This document shows, piece by piece, positions 1-7,462 of a stretch of DNA of 32,000 nt; position 1 is the first letter of the stretch; the number at the start of each line of letters is the position of its first letter. Made by a program: the position numbers and the translations under genes. The notes beneath the pieces are model-generated. The model saw only the letters and a list, made by a program, of their open reading frames with translations. It did not search any database and was not told where the DNA came from. The DNA lies in NCBI RefSeq assembly GCF_900199515.1, contig NZ_LT963434.1, positions 1,442,180-1,474,179 of the forward strand, given 5' to 3'. Source of the DNA: Massilicoli timonensis (lineage in GTDB: Bacteria; Bacillota_I; Bacilli_A; Erysipelotrichales; Erysipelotrichaceae).

Positions 1-279
1 TTTTGCTAGACTTAGACATAATTTCTTCCATTTTTTTGCTCCTTTCTGTTTTGTTACCATATGGATTTTTGCTAGACTTAGACATCGGCTTTCCCTTCCC
101 AGTCCAATACCCAGTTTTGTTACCATATGGATTTTTGCTAGACTTAGACTTGTGTTCTTCAAAAAATCGATCTGATCGGTTTTGTTACCATATGGATTTT
201 TGCTAGACTTAGATCAGAAGCATTAAAACACATGATGCAAGAGCGTTTTGTTACCATATGGATTTTGCTAGACTTAAAC
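1..279 (+). CRISPR. Trailer end of a CRISPR array; the array continues off the left edge. The 36-nt repeat and about 30-nt spacers look type II-A-like.
   Basis: Repeat GTTTTGTTACCATATGGATTTTTGCTAGACTTAGAC occurs at 1-17 (partial), 48-83, 114-149, 179-214 (last base T instead of C) and 245-279. The last copy is degenerate: one T deleted in the T-run and TTAGAC changed to TTAAAC. Unique spacers lie at 18-47, 84-113, 150-178 and 215-244 (30, 30, 29, 30 nt). The GTTTT start and the degenerate last repeat on the right imply + transcription with leader and cas genes to the left, outside the window. Confidence 0.93.
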
Positions 280-280
280 A

Positions 281-484
281 ATGAAAATAACACTTACGTT
301 AGCGGACATCATGAAGAAAAAGGGAGTTATCCCAGCGGAACTAGCCAGAAAAAGCGGGATTTCTCCGTCGGCGATCAATCACATTTATTGGCAGTTGGGG
401 AAGCATATCAATCTGGAATATCTTGCCAAGATCTGTAAAGCGTTAAATTGTTCTGTTTCGGATATTCTGACGATAAGCAAATGA
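281..484 (+). CDS. XRE/Cro-C1 family helix-turn-helix transcriptional regulator (67 aa)
   Basis: The ORF reads MKITLTLADIMKKKGVIPAELARKSGISPSAINHIYW...LAKICKALNCSVSDIL, the typical HTH_3 layout. The ATG sits 1 nt after the terminal CRISPR repeat and has no obvious SD. Confidence 0.75.
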   Translation: MKITLTLADIMKKKGVIPAELARKSGISPSAINHIYWQLGKHINLEYLAKICKALNCSVSDILTISK

Positions 485-525
485 ATTTGTGATATACTAT
501 GTGTTGTATATTAAGGAGTGATTTT

Positions 526-1308
526 GTGAAAGAAATGAAATTCAGAAATATGGCCGACTTTGAAAAATACTTATATGATTTCAAAATCATCTTTGCTTAT
601 CATTCAGGTAAAATTGAAAATGAAAATATTTCTTATCACAATACAAGGGATATTTTTGAATCCGGAAAAGTCGTTGGATATACCGGTGATTTAAGAACAC
701 TCTATGAAATAGAAAATCAAAAGAATTGTTATGAATTTTTGAAGCCATATATTTTAGATAAGTATGAAATAGATATTGATTTCATAAAAAAAGTGCATTA
801 TCAACTGACAAAAGGAACTTATGATGAATATAGATACAATATCAATGAAGAAAGACCGGGAGCATTCAAAAAGCATGACTATGTTACCGGAGTGAGCGAA
901 GTAGGAAGTCGTCCGGAAGAAGTGGAAGACGATCTAAAAGAGTTATTAGATGAAATCAACTCACCAGGACTGGAAAATCACTTTCTTGCAGGGGTATATT
1001 TTCATGCCGTTTTTGAACATATCCATCCTTTTGCGGACGGAAACGGCAGAGTAGGACGCACATTGATGAACTATTATTTTATGATACACGATATTGCGCC
1101 GACGGTTATTTATAACGAAAGCAAAGACAGTTATTATCAAGCGTTGGAAGAGTTTGATACAAAAGAATCATTAAGTCCATTATTAGAATTCATCCGGCAA
1201 CAACAAGAGAAAACATGGCTTCGGTTTTCGTCGAAGAGATCACGCACACTTGCTTATCAGATAAAAAGAGAAGCAGCAAAAAGCAGTCATAAAAACAGCA
1301 GTAAATAA
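526..1308 (+). CDS. Fic/DOC family protein (probable AMPylase), class II with N-terminal inhibitory motif
   Basis: The Fic core motif HPFADGNGR is at nt 1024-1050, and the (S/T)xxxE(G/N) inhibitory motif SGKIEN is at nt 604-621. AAGGAG at 513-518 lies 7 nt before GTG 526, in frame with track ORF 499..1308. ATG 535 is an alternative start. Confidence 0.85.
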   Translation: MKEMKFRNMADFEKYLYDFKIIFAYHSGKIENENISYHNTRDIFESGKVVGYTGDLRTLYEIENQKNCYEFLKPYILDKYEIDIDFIKKVHYQLTKGTYDEYRYNINEERPGAFKKHDYVTGVSEVGSRPEEVEDDLKELLDEINSPGLENHFLAGVYFHAVFEHIHPFADGNGRVGRTLMNYYFMIHDIAPTVIYNESKDSYYQALEEFDTKESLSPLLEFIRQQQEKTWLRFSSKRSRTLAYQIKREAAKSSHKNSSK

Positions 1309-1384
1309 TTTAATATCACTTGATAAAAATTCGATTCTCGCACATAATGTGGATGTCAGGCATGGATAACTAGATAGTTAACGA

Positions 1385-1416
1385 CTAATAAAAAGAAGAA
1401 GGCTGCAACCTTCTTT
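1385..1416. terminator. Hairpin terminator between the convergent Fic gene (+) and the MNT/small-peptide unit (-)
   Basis: GAAGAAGG (1395-1402) pairs with CCTTCTTT (1409-1416) around a 6-nt loop. On the minus strand the stem is followed by TTTTTATTA (1394-1386). On the plus strand only the TTTT inside the 3' arm is available, so the terminator is stronger for the minus strand. Confidence 0.6.
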
Positions 1417-1476
1417 TCAGATTATCAACAAAGGGGGAAGGAGTCAACAGTCTGAACGCATCTAAGAAGCTGTGTT

Positions 1477-1569
1477 CTATTTCTTGCCGCAAAGTCCTTG
1501 AATCAGCCAAACAAAACACATGATCGGCAGACATACAAGCCACACAATGCCTTTAATAATTAATTTCAT
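1477..1569 (-). CDS. Unannotated 30-aa hydrophobic peptide MKLIIKGIVWLVCLPIMCFVWLIQGLCGKK (single TM helix, KK tail)
   Basis: Hand-translated; it is below the 60-aa cutoff of the track. AGGAGG (complement of 1577-1582) lies 7 nt upstream of the ATG (1569-1567). The stop is TAG (1479-1477). A terminator hairpin lies about 60 nt downstream on the same strand. Confidence 0.55.
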   Translation of the reverse strand: MKLIIKGIVWLVCLPIMCFVWLIQGLCGKK

Positions 1570-1657
1570 CTTTTTTCCTCCTGGTTCTTTCATTATTACT
1601 AGACCCTTTTACTATACATTGCATATATACTTTGTAATCAATTCCGCTACAACATCA

Positions 1658-2011
1658 TCAGATTGCTTCATAAAGCAATATCCCTTCTTTTTCAATATCA
1701 TTTTTTAGCCTTTCCGGGATCACGCGTTTATTGATAAAATCAATTTTCTTGCTAAATACGGTTTCTACATCATCCATAAACTCCATTCGTACGAATGCTT
1801 TTGTATCCGTATCATATTCCACGACTAAATCAATATCGCTTTCTCCTGTGGCGTTTCCTTTAGAATAAGAACCAAACAATATTACAGACTGAATATGGTA
1901 TTTTTTGCAGAGTGGTTGTAATGCTTCTTTTATTTCTTCGATCGTGAGCAATTTGGTATTTTCATTTATGTAATTATACTGTGCTTTTTGGAATAATACA
2001 TTCTGGCCCAT
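1658..2011 (-). CDS. Minimal nucleotidyltransferase (MNT, NTP_transf_2 family), antitoxin-like
   Basis: LFGSYSKGNATGESDIDLVV matches the GSxxxGxxxxxSDxDL pol-beta NTase motif. The RBS AAGAGG precedes the ATG. The gene starts 18 nt after the HAD gene stop on the same strand. Confidence 0.8.
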   Translation of the reverse strand: MGQNVLFQKAQYNYINENTKLLTIEEIKEALQPLCKKYHIQSVILFGSYSKGNATGESDIDLVVEYDTDTKAFVRMEFMDDVETVFSKKIDFINKRVIPERLKNDIEKEGILLYEAI

Positions 2012-2029
2012 ATAGTACCTCTTTTGCTT

Positions 2030-2803
2030 TTATATCAAACATAATTCTTTACAGGCATCCCAAATGCCGTCTTCATCCACTCCACCGGTAACATGATCAC
2101 TGACCGCCTTTAACGCATCATGCCCGTTCCCCATGCAGATCGCATAATCCGCATGTTTCGCCATTTCAATATCATTCAAAGAATCCCCGAAGCAAATATA
2201 GCCCTGTTCCCCCAAAGCGCGCATCATTTCTTCTATTCCCGAAACCTTAGAAAAACCATCAAGCACAATATCCGCAAAAGCGCTCATGCCGGGAATTGCC
2301 CGGATGCCGCTGATCTGATCAAATGCTCGGTAATCATATCCCATTGGCGCAAACACCATCATCATAATGACCGGGAAGCCGTCATATTCCGCAACCGGCT
2401 CCAGTTCCTCATGGATAAATTCATGCGTCTGGATCACATAATCATCCGCTTCATCGGTCAATATCGAATGATCCTTTCCTTCCAACAGCATGACCTGCTT
2501 ATTTTTCTTTGCTAATGCAAGCGCCTCATAAACCGCATCCGCATCAATATATTTTTCAAAAATTAAGTTCTTTTCATGATCATAAAGCATTTGTCCGGTG
2601 TTGCATACATAACCATCCCAGTCAATTAGCTTGTCAAAGCCACCCAGCTGCAAAGAGCGCATGCCTCTGCCGGTCGCCAAGCATAAAATATGACCGGCTT
2701 TTCTTAGTGCCTGCAACGCCTGCTTTGTTGATTCTGCAACGATTCCGGTGGCTCCATCTACTAAAGTGCCGTCTACGTCAAAGAAAATTACACGTTTTTC
2801 CAT
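2030..2803 (-). CDS. Cof-type HAD-IIB family phosphatase
   Basis: N-terminal FFDVDGTLV (HAD motif I) and C-terminal GDSLNDIEM (motif IV). The length of 257 aa is typical of the family. Confidence 0.85.
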   Translation of the reverse strand: MEKRVIFFDVDGTLVDGATGIVAESTKQALQALRKAGHILCLATGRGMRSLQLGGFDKLIDWDGYVCNTGQMLYDHEKNLIFEKYIDADAVYEALALAKKNKQVMLLEGKDHSILTDEADDYVIQTHEFIHEELEPVAEYDGFPVIMMMVFAPMGYDYRAFDQISGIRAIPGMSAFADIVLDGFSKVSGIEEMMRALGEQGYICFGDSLNDIEMAKHADYAICMGNGHDALKAVSDHVTGGVDEDGIWDACKELCLI

Positions 2804-2934
2804 ACATACCTCACTTTCAAAGGATATTTTAACATATCTGTTTGGTAAATCTCCGTCGATTTCTTAAAAAAACGCAATAAGACTTTATTTTATGACCGAT
2901 TTTGATAAAATATAGATTGGAGGTATATTTTATT

Positions 2935-4290
2935 ATGAGATCAGCAATTATACTAGCTGCCGGTAAAGGCACACGCATGAAATCAGAATTAAATAAAGTC
3001 ATGCATCCAGTCTTAAATAAACCGATGATCGGACATATCGTAACCAATCTGGAACAATGTCATGTAGATCATATCGTGGTAGTGGTAGGACATGGCGCAG
3101 AAAGCGTAAAAGAATATTTGAAAGATCGTGTTACCTATGCTTTGCAGGAACCACAGCTGGGAACCGGCCATGCGGTCATGCAGGCACAGACGCTTGCTTC
3201 TTTGAATGGCGATACGATCATATTAAACGGTGATGGTCCATGTATCCAAAAAGAAACGATCGAAGCTGCTTTTGAAGCAAATAAAGATTATGAAATGACT
3301 GTGCTGACATCAATTCTTCCTGATGGAGCCAGATATGGCAGGATCGTACGCAATGCGGCGTCTATGGTGGAAAAGATCGTAGAAGCGAAAGACTGCAGCG
3401 AAGAAGAGCTGAAGATCCGCGAGATCAACACCGGAATCTTCTGCTTCAAAAATCAACTGCTGTTTGAAAACTTAAAAGAAATCAAAAACGATAATGCACA
3501 AAAAGAATATTACTTGACAGATCTAGTGGAAATCTTTAACCGTAAACAGTATCGTGTAAATGCAATGGTGGTAAAAGATGGCGATGAAACGATGGGCTGT
3601 AATGACCGCATCGATCTGGCAAAGGCCAATAAGTGGCTACAGCGGAAAACCAACGAAAAGCACATGTTAAACGGAGTAACGATCATTGATCCGGAGCATA
3701 CTTATATCGACGTGGATGTGGAGATCGGTCAAGATAGCGTAATCTATCCAAATGTGCACATTCAAGGCGTATCTAAGATCGGCAGCAAGGTGGAAATATT
3801 GCCTAATTCGTTTTTGCGCAATGTCCGCATCGAAGACAACTGCGTGATCGATTCATCGAAAATCGTAGAAAGCACGGTTGGCAAAGGCACAACGATCGGA
3901 CCGATGAGCCATTTGCGCAACAATACGGAAATTTGCGAGAATGTACGAATCGGCAATTTTGTGGAATTTAAGAATTCACACTTCGGTGATGGCAGTAAAT
4001 GTGCGCATTTAACTTATATCGGTGACAGTGATTTCGGCAAGAAGATCAATGTCGGCTGCGGTGTGGTAACGGTGAATTATGATGGCAAGCATAAATTCAG
4101 AACAACGGTAAAAGACGGCGCATTCATCGGCAGCAACTGTAATCTGATCGCACCGGTTACCATAGGGGAAAACGCTCTGCTGGCAGCAGGTTCGACCATC
4201 ACTGACAGTGTAGAGGATGGAGATATGGGTATTGCCAGAGCCCGACAGACCAATAAGGAAGGCTTTGGAACCAAATATAAAAACAAATAG
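2935..4290 (+). CDS. glmU: Bifunctional UDP-N-acetylglucosamine pyrophosphorylase / glucosamine-1-phosphate N-acetyltransferase
   Basis: MRSAIILAAGKGTRM contains the LAAGKGTRM NTP-transferase signature, and the C-terminus has left-handed beta-helix hexapeptide repeats. GGAGG lies at 2919-2923. Track ORF 2902 is an upstream in-frame extension. Confidence 0.93.
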   Translation: MRSAIILAAGKGTRMKSELNKVMHPVLNKPMIGHIVTNLEQCHVDHIVVVVGHGAESVKEYLKDRVTYALQEPQLGTGHAVMQAQTLASLNGDTIILNGDGPCIQKETIEAAFEANKDYEMTVLTSILPDGARYGRIVRNAASMVEKIVEAKDCSEEELKIREINTGIFCFKNQLLFENLKEIKNDNAQKEYYLTDLVEIFNRKQYRVNAMVVKDGDETMGCNDRIDLAKANKWLQRKTNEKHMLNGVTIIDPEHTYIDVDVEIGQDSVIYPNVHIQGVSKIGSKVEILPNSFLRNVRIEDNCVIDSSKIVESTVGKGTTIGPMSHLRNNTEICENVRIGNFVEFKNSHFGDGSKCAHLTYIGDSDFGKKINVGCGVVTVNYDGKHKFRTTVKDGAFIGSNCNLIAPVTIGENALLAAGSTITDSVEDGDMGIARARQTNKEGFGTKYKNK

Positions 4291-4307
4291 GAGAAAGGGA
4301 AAAGATC

Positions 4308-5258
4308 ATGAAAAACAAAACGATTGTATTAGCATTAACATCCAGTGTTTCATTGGCGAATGAAATTGTCAGCCAGTTAGGATTGCCGCTTGGTCAATGT
4401 GAAGTACGGCACTTCGCAGACGGAGAGATCATGGTAGAACTGGACCAGTCGGTACGAGGAAAAGATGTGTTTATCGTACAGTCTACCTGCAATCCGGTTT
4501 CTTCTAATCTGATGGAGGTGCTGATCTGCATCGATGCCTGTAAGCGTGCAAGCGCCAACAGCATTACCTGTGTCATGCCGTACTTCGGTTATGCACGACA
4601 AGATCGCAAAGCCAAACCGCGTCAGCCGATCACCGCAAAACTGGTCAGCGATCTATTAGAGGTTGCGGGGGCAGATCGTATCATGACGATGGAACTGCAT
4701 GCGTCGCAGATTCAGGGGTTCTTCGATATTCCGGTCGATGATATTACCGCCATCGGTATTATCGGACATTACTTCAAAGAAAAGAATCTGGATGATGTGG
4801 TCGTCGTATCACCGGATCATGGTGGAGTAACGCGTGCTCGTAAATTAGCGGAGATCCTGCATGCACCATTGGCAATTATCGATAAGCGGCGTCCAAAACC
4901 GAATGTGGCAGAAGCGATGAATTTGATCGGCGATGTAAATGGAAAACATGCGATCATCATTGATGATATTGTCGATACGGCGGGAACGCTGGTTTCCGGC
5001 ATTGATATGCTTTATGAAAACGGGGCAAAAGCAGTGTATGCGAGCTGCGTGCACGGGGTATTGAGCGGACCGGCGATCGAACGCTTAAACAACAGCAAAT
5101 TAAATGAATTTGTCTGTACGAATACGATCGATCAAAGTGCCAAAGAAGCACAACTGCCGATCATGACCGTATTACATGTAGGCGGTATGCTGGGTGAAGT
5201 CATCAGACAGATGGAAACCAACAGCCCGGTCAGTGAAGCTATCGCAAAATTCATGTAA
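4308..5258 (+). CDS. prs: Ribose-phosphate pyrophosphokinase (PRPP synthetase)
   Basis: Motifs include MPYFGYARQDRK, DLHA-like ELHASQIQGFF, and the PRPP-binding loop IIIDDIVDTAGT. It shows the classic glmU-prs synteny. Confidence 0.95.
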   Translation: MKNKTIVLALTSSVSLANEIVSQLGLPLGQCEVRHFADGEIMVELDQSVRGKDVFIVQSTCNPVSSNLMEVLICIDACKRASANSITCVMPYFGYARQDRKAKPRQPITAKLVSDLLEVAGADRIMTMELHASQIQGFFDIPVDDITAIGIIGHYFKEKNLDDVVVVSPDHGGVTRARKLAEILHAPLAIIDKRRPKPNVAEAMNLIGDVNGKHAIIIDDIVDTAGTLVSGIDMLYENGAKAVYASCVHGVLSGPAIERLNNSKLNEFVCTNTIDQSAKEAQLPIMTVLHVGGMLGEVIRQMETNSPVSEAIAKFM

Positions 5259-5260
5259 GT

Positions 5261-5617
5261 ATGTTGCATCATTACATGGAAATATGGCTCCCCGAAATCA
5301 TATCGCTGATTGAAATAGCCGGCATTCTCATTATCGGCGTCGGACTGTTCAAGTCGTTTTATCATTACATCATTTCTTCCTTTACATCAAGGCGCTATCC
5401 GATCAAGTTAGAATTAGCCAATGCTTTGGCATTGGGGTTGGAGTTTAAGATGGGGGCGGAAATATTAAAAACGGTGATCATTCGTACGATGGATGAAATC
5501 ATCGTGCTGGGAGCGATTATTTTATTACGGGCGATTTTGTCTCTTTTGATTCATTATGAAATGAAAGTGGATCATGAATATCGAGGAGAGAAGCTGGAAA
5601 TTAAAGACCAATACTAA
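5261..5617 (+). CDS. Small integral membrane protein, DUF1622-like
   Basis: 118 aa with 3 to 4 hydrophobic segments. The pattern LELANALALGLEFKMGAEILKT recalls DUF1622. There is no clear SD, so the start is uncertain (5261 or 5276). Confidence 0.5.
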   Translation: MLHHYMEIWLPEIISLIEIAGILIIGVGLFKSFYHYIISSFTSRRYPIKLELANALALGLEFKMGAEILKTVIIRTMDEIIVLGAIILLRAILSLLIHYEMKVDHEYRGEKLEIKDQY

Positions 5618-5628
5618 TGCAATCGAAG

Positions 5629-5660
5629 AAGGTGCGATGCAAGATATCGCACCTTTTGTT
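5629..5660 (+). terminator. Rho-independent terminator of the glmU-prs-DUF1622 unit
   Basis: AAGGTGCGAT (5629-5638) pairs perfectly with ATCGCACCTT (5646-5655) over 10 bp. The stem is followed by TTTTGTT. Confidence 0.8.
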
Positions 5661-5885
5661 ATGCTCATGCGGCTGTAAAAGTGATAGGTGCATCGTGAGT
5701 TGGTGTATTTAGGGGGCAAGATTTCTGGAAGTTGCCGGATAAGTGCGTTTGTTAGAGTCAGATAAAAGAACTAGAAACAAAATAATAGAAAATGCTGATG
5801 GATGATGCGTACGATTTTCAGTCAAATATGATAAAATGTTATCGTATAGAAAAAAGAAAGCAGTTAGAAGAAAAGAGGGATGCGC

Positions 5886-7169
5886 ATGTTAATTAAAAAC
5901 GGCTATGTGATCGATCCTTCTCAGCAAATCAGCGCTTATGCCGATCTGCTGATTGAAGATGGCAAGATCAAAAAGATCGGCAAGCTGGAAGCAGAGAAAG
6001 AACAGGAAGTGATCGATGCGGCAGGCTGTGTGATAGCGCCGGGATTTGTGGATATCCATGTGCATTTTCGTGATCCTGGTTTTACTTATAAAGAAGATTT
6101 AGATAGCGGGGCAAAAGCTGCGGCGAAGGGTGGTTTTACCTCAGTTGTCTGTATGGCGAATACAGATCCGGTCATTGACGATCCAAACCAATTAACAAAG
6201 CTCTATGAAAAAGCGAAGCGGTGCGATGCCCATATTTATTTTGCGGCAAGCGTATCAAAAGGACTCGGCGGTAAACAGCTATGCGATTATCAGGCGCTGA
6301 AAGCAGCCGGTGCGATCTGTTTCAGTGATGATGGCAAGCCGCTTGCCGATCCGCTTTTTTTGAAGCAGGCAATGGAGCAGATCGTGAAAACAAAGCTGCC
6401 GATTTCACTGCATGAGGAACTGCCGCAGTATGTAAAAGAAGCGGGGATCCATGCCGGCAAGACTGCCGAAAAAATGGGGCTGCGAGGGGCAATGCGGGAA
6501 GCGGAATGGGAAATAATAAAACGAGATCTAAAGCTTGCGAAGGAAAGCGGCGCGCATATTCATATTCAGCATATTTCAACGAAAGAAGGCGTAGCGTTGG
6601 TGCGAAAAGGGAAAAAGGAAAAAGTGAAGGTTACGGCTGAAGCGACACCGCATCACTTTTCTTTGCGAGAAGATGCCATTATGAAGTATGGAACGATGGC
6701 GAAAATGAATCCGCCTTTAAGAGAAGAAAGCGATCGTTTGGCAATTATTGAAGGACTGCGGGATGGAACGATCGACGTGATCGCCACCGATCATGCTCCG
6801 CATAGCTCGGAAGAAAAAAAACAACCATTCCAAAAAGCGCCAAGCGGAATCATCGGACTTGAAACAGCCTTTTCGCTCGGCATGGAATATCTGGTAAACA
6901 GCGGAGCACTTAGTTTAGAACAGCTGATTGAAAAAATGAGCACAAAGCCTGCTTCGCTTTTGCACTTGCCGGCAGGCACATTGCAAGTCGGCGCAGCTGC
7001 GGATATCGTGCTGCTGGAACCCAAGGCCGACTATCAAATACAAAGCTTTGTCTCAAAATCCGCTAATTCTCCTTTCCTTGGCCAAACGATGCAGGGGAAA
7101 GTAAAAATGACGATATTATCCGGGAAGATCGTCTATCGGGAAAATGAAAAGGAATCAAGTAGGAAATGA
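5886..7169 (+). CDS. pyrC: Dihydroorotase (class I)
   Basis: Motifs include PGFVDIHVHFRDPG (HxH metal site), AAAKGGFTSV, and TDHAPH near the C-terminus. AGAGGG ends at 5879, which favours ATG 5886 over ATG 5880. No other pyr genes are adjacent. Confidence 0.88.
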   Translation: MLIKNGYVIDPSQQISAYADLLIEDGKIKKIGKLEAEKEQEVIDAAGCVIAPGFVDIHVHFRDPGFTYKEDLDSGAKAAAKGGFTSVVCMANTDPVIDDPNQLTKLYEKAKRCDAHIYFAASVSKGLGGKQLCDYQALKAAGAICFSDDGKPLADPLFLKQAMEQIVKTKLPISLHEELPQYVKEAGIHAGKTAEKMGLRGAMREAEWEIIKRDLKLAKESGAHIHIQHISTKEGVALVRKGKKEKVKVTAEATPHHFSLREDAIMKYGTMAKMNPPLREESDRLAIIEGLRDGTIDVIATDHAPHSSEEKKQPFQKAPSGIIGLETAFSLGMEYLVNSGALSLEQLIEKMSTKPASLLHLPAGTLQVGAAADIVLLEPKADYQIQSFVSKSANSPFLGQTMQGKVKMTILSGKIVYRENEKESSRK

Positions 7170-7462
7170 GGAAGCAAAGATCAAGAGACTTAGAAAACAA
7201 TCGAGCAGAAATAAAACAACCGGGATCAAAGATATTGTTATTTCCCGGGAAATAGGACGGATAGGATCGCGGCAGCGATAAACTTGCTTCTCATGAGCCT
7301 ATTTCAGTGATTGATCCTAAATTAACAATATTCTTGCTTAACGGCAATGAAGATCATCAAAAGCGCATCACCGGCAAAAGGTTGATAGAAAGGAAAAGTA
7401 TATTGCATCGTTATGCATATGCAAGCAAATGAAGCGATCACATGCAATATACAGGGAAAAAC

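Noticed and set aside
215-279. Degenerate terminal repeat read on the minus strand as a possible tracrRNA anti-repeat
   Set aside because: An anti-repeat should be followed by nexus and terminator hairpins plus a T-run. On the minus strand the sequence continues directly into spacer 4 and repeat 4, with no such structures. Ordinary trailer-repeat decay explains it better.
3-438. Track ORFs 3..206 (+) and 232..438 (+)
   Set aside because: They are read through the CRISPR repeats and spacers. The periodic LLDLD and PYGFLLDLD peptide repeats are simply translated repeats, so these are not genes.
1309-1657. Possible HEPN gene remnant next to the MNT gene
   Set aside because: Reading all frames by eye, I found no extended frame or Rx4-6H motif. 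The absence cannot be proven without a profile search, so it is reported only as an orphan MNT.
2903-2911. Extended -10-like TGATAAAAT upstream of glmU
   Set aside because: It would place the transcription start at or inside the SD (GGAGG 2919-2923), which is too close to be a credible glmU promoter.
5829-5837. Extended -10-like TGATAAAAT upstream of pyrC
   Set aside because: There is no acceptable -35 element and the background is A/T-rich. It is plausible but not supportable as a feature, and no PyrR-type attenuator motif is visible.
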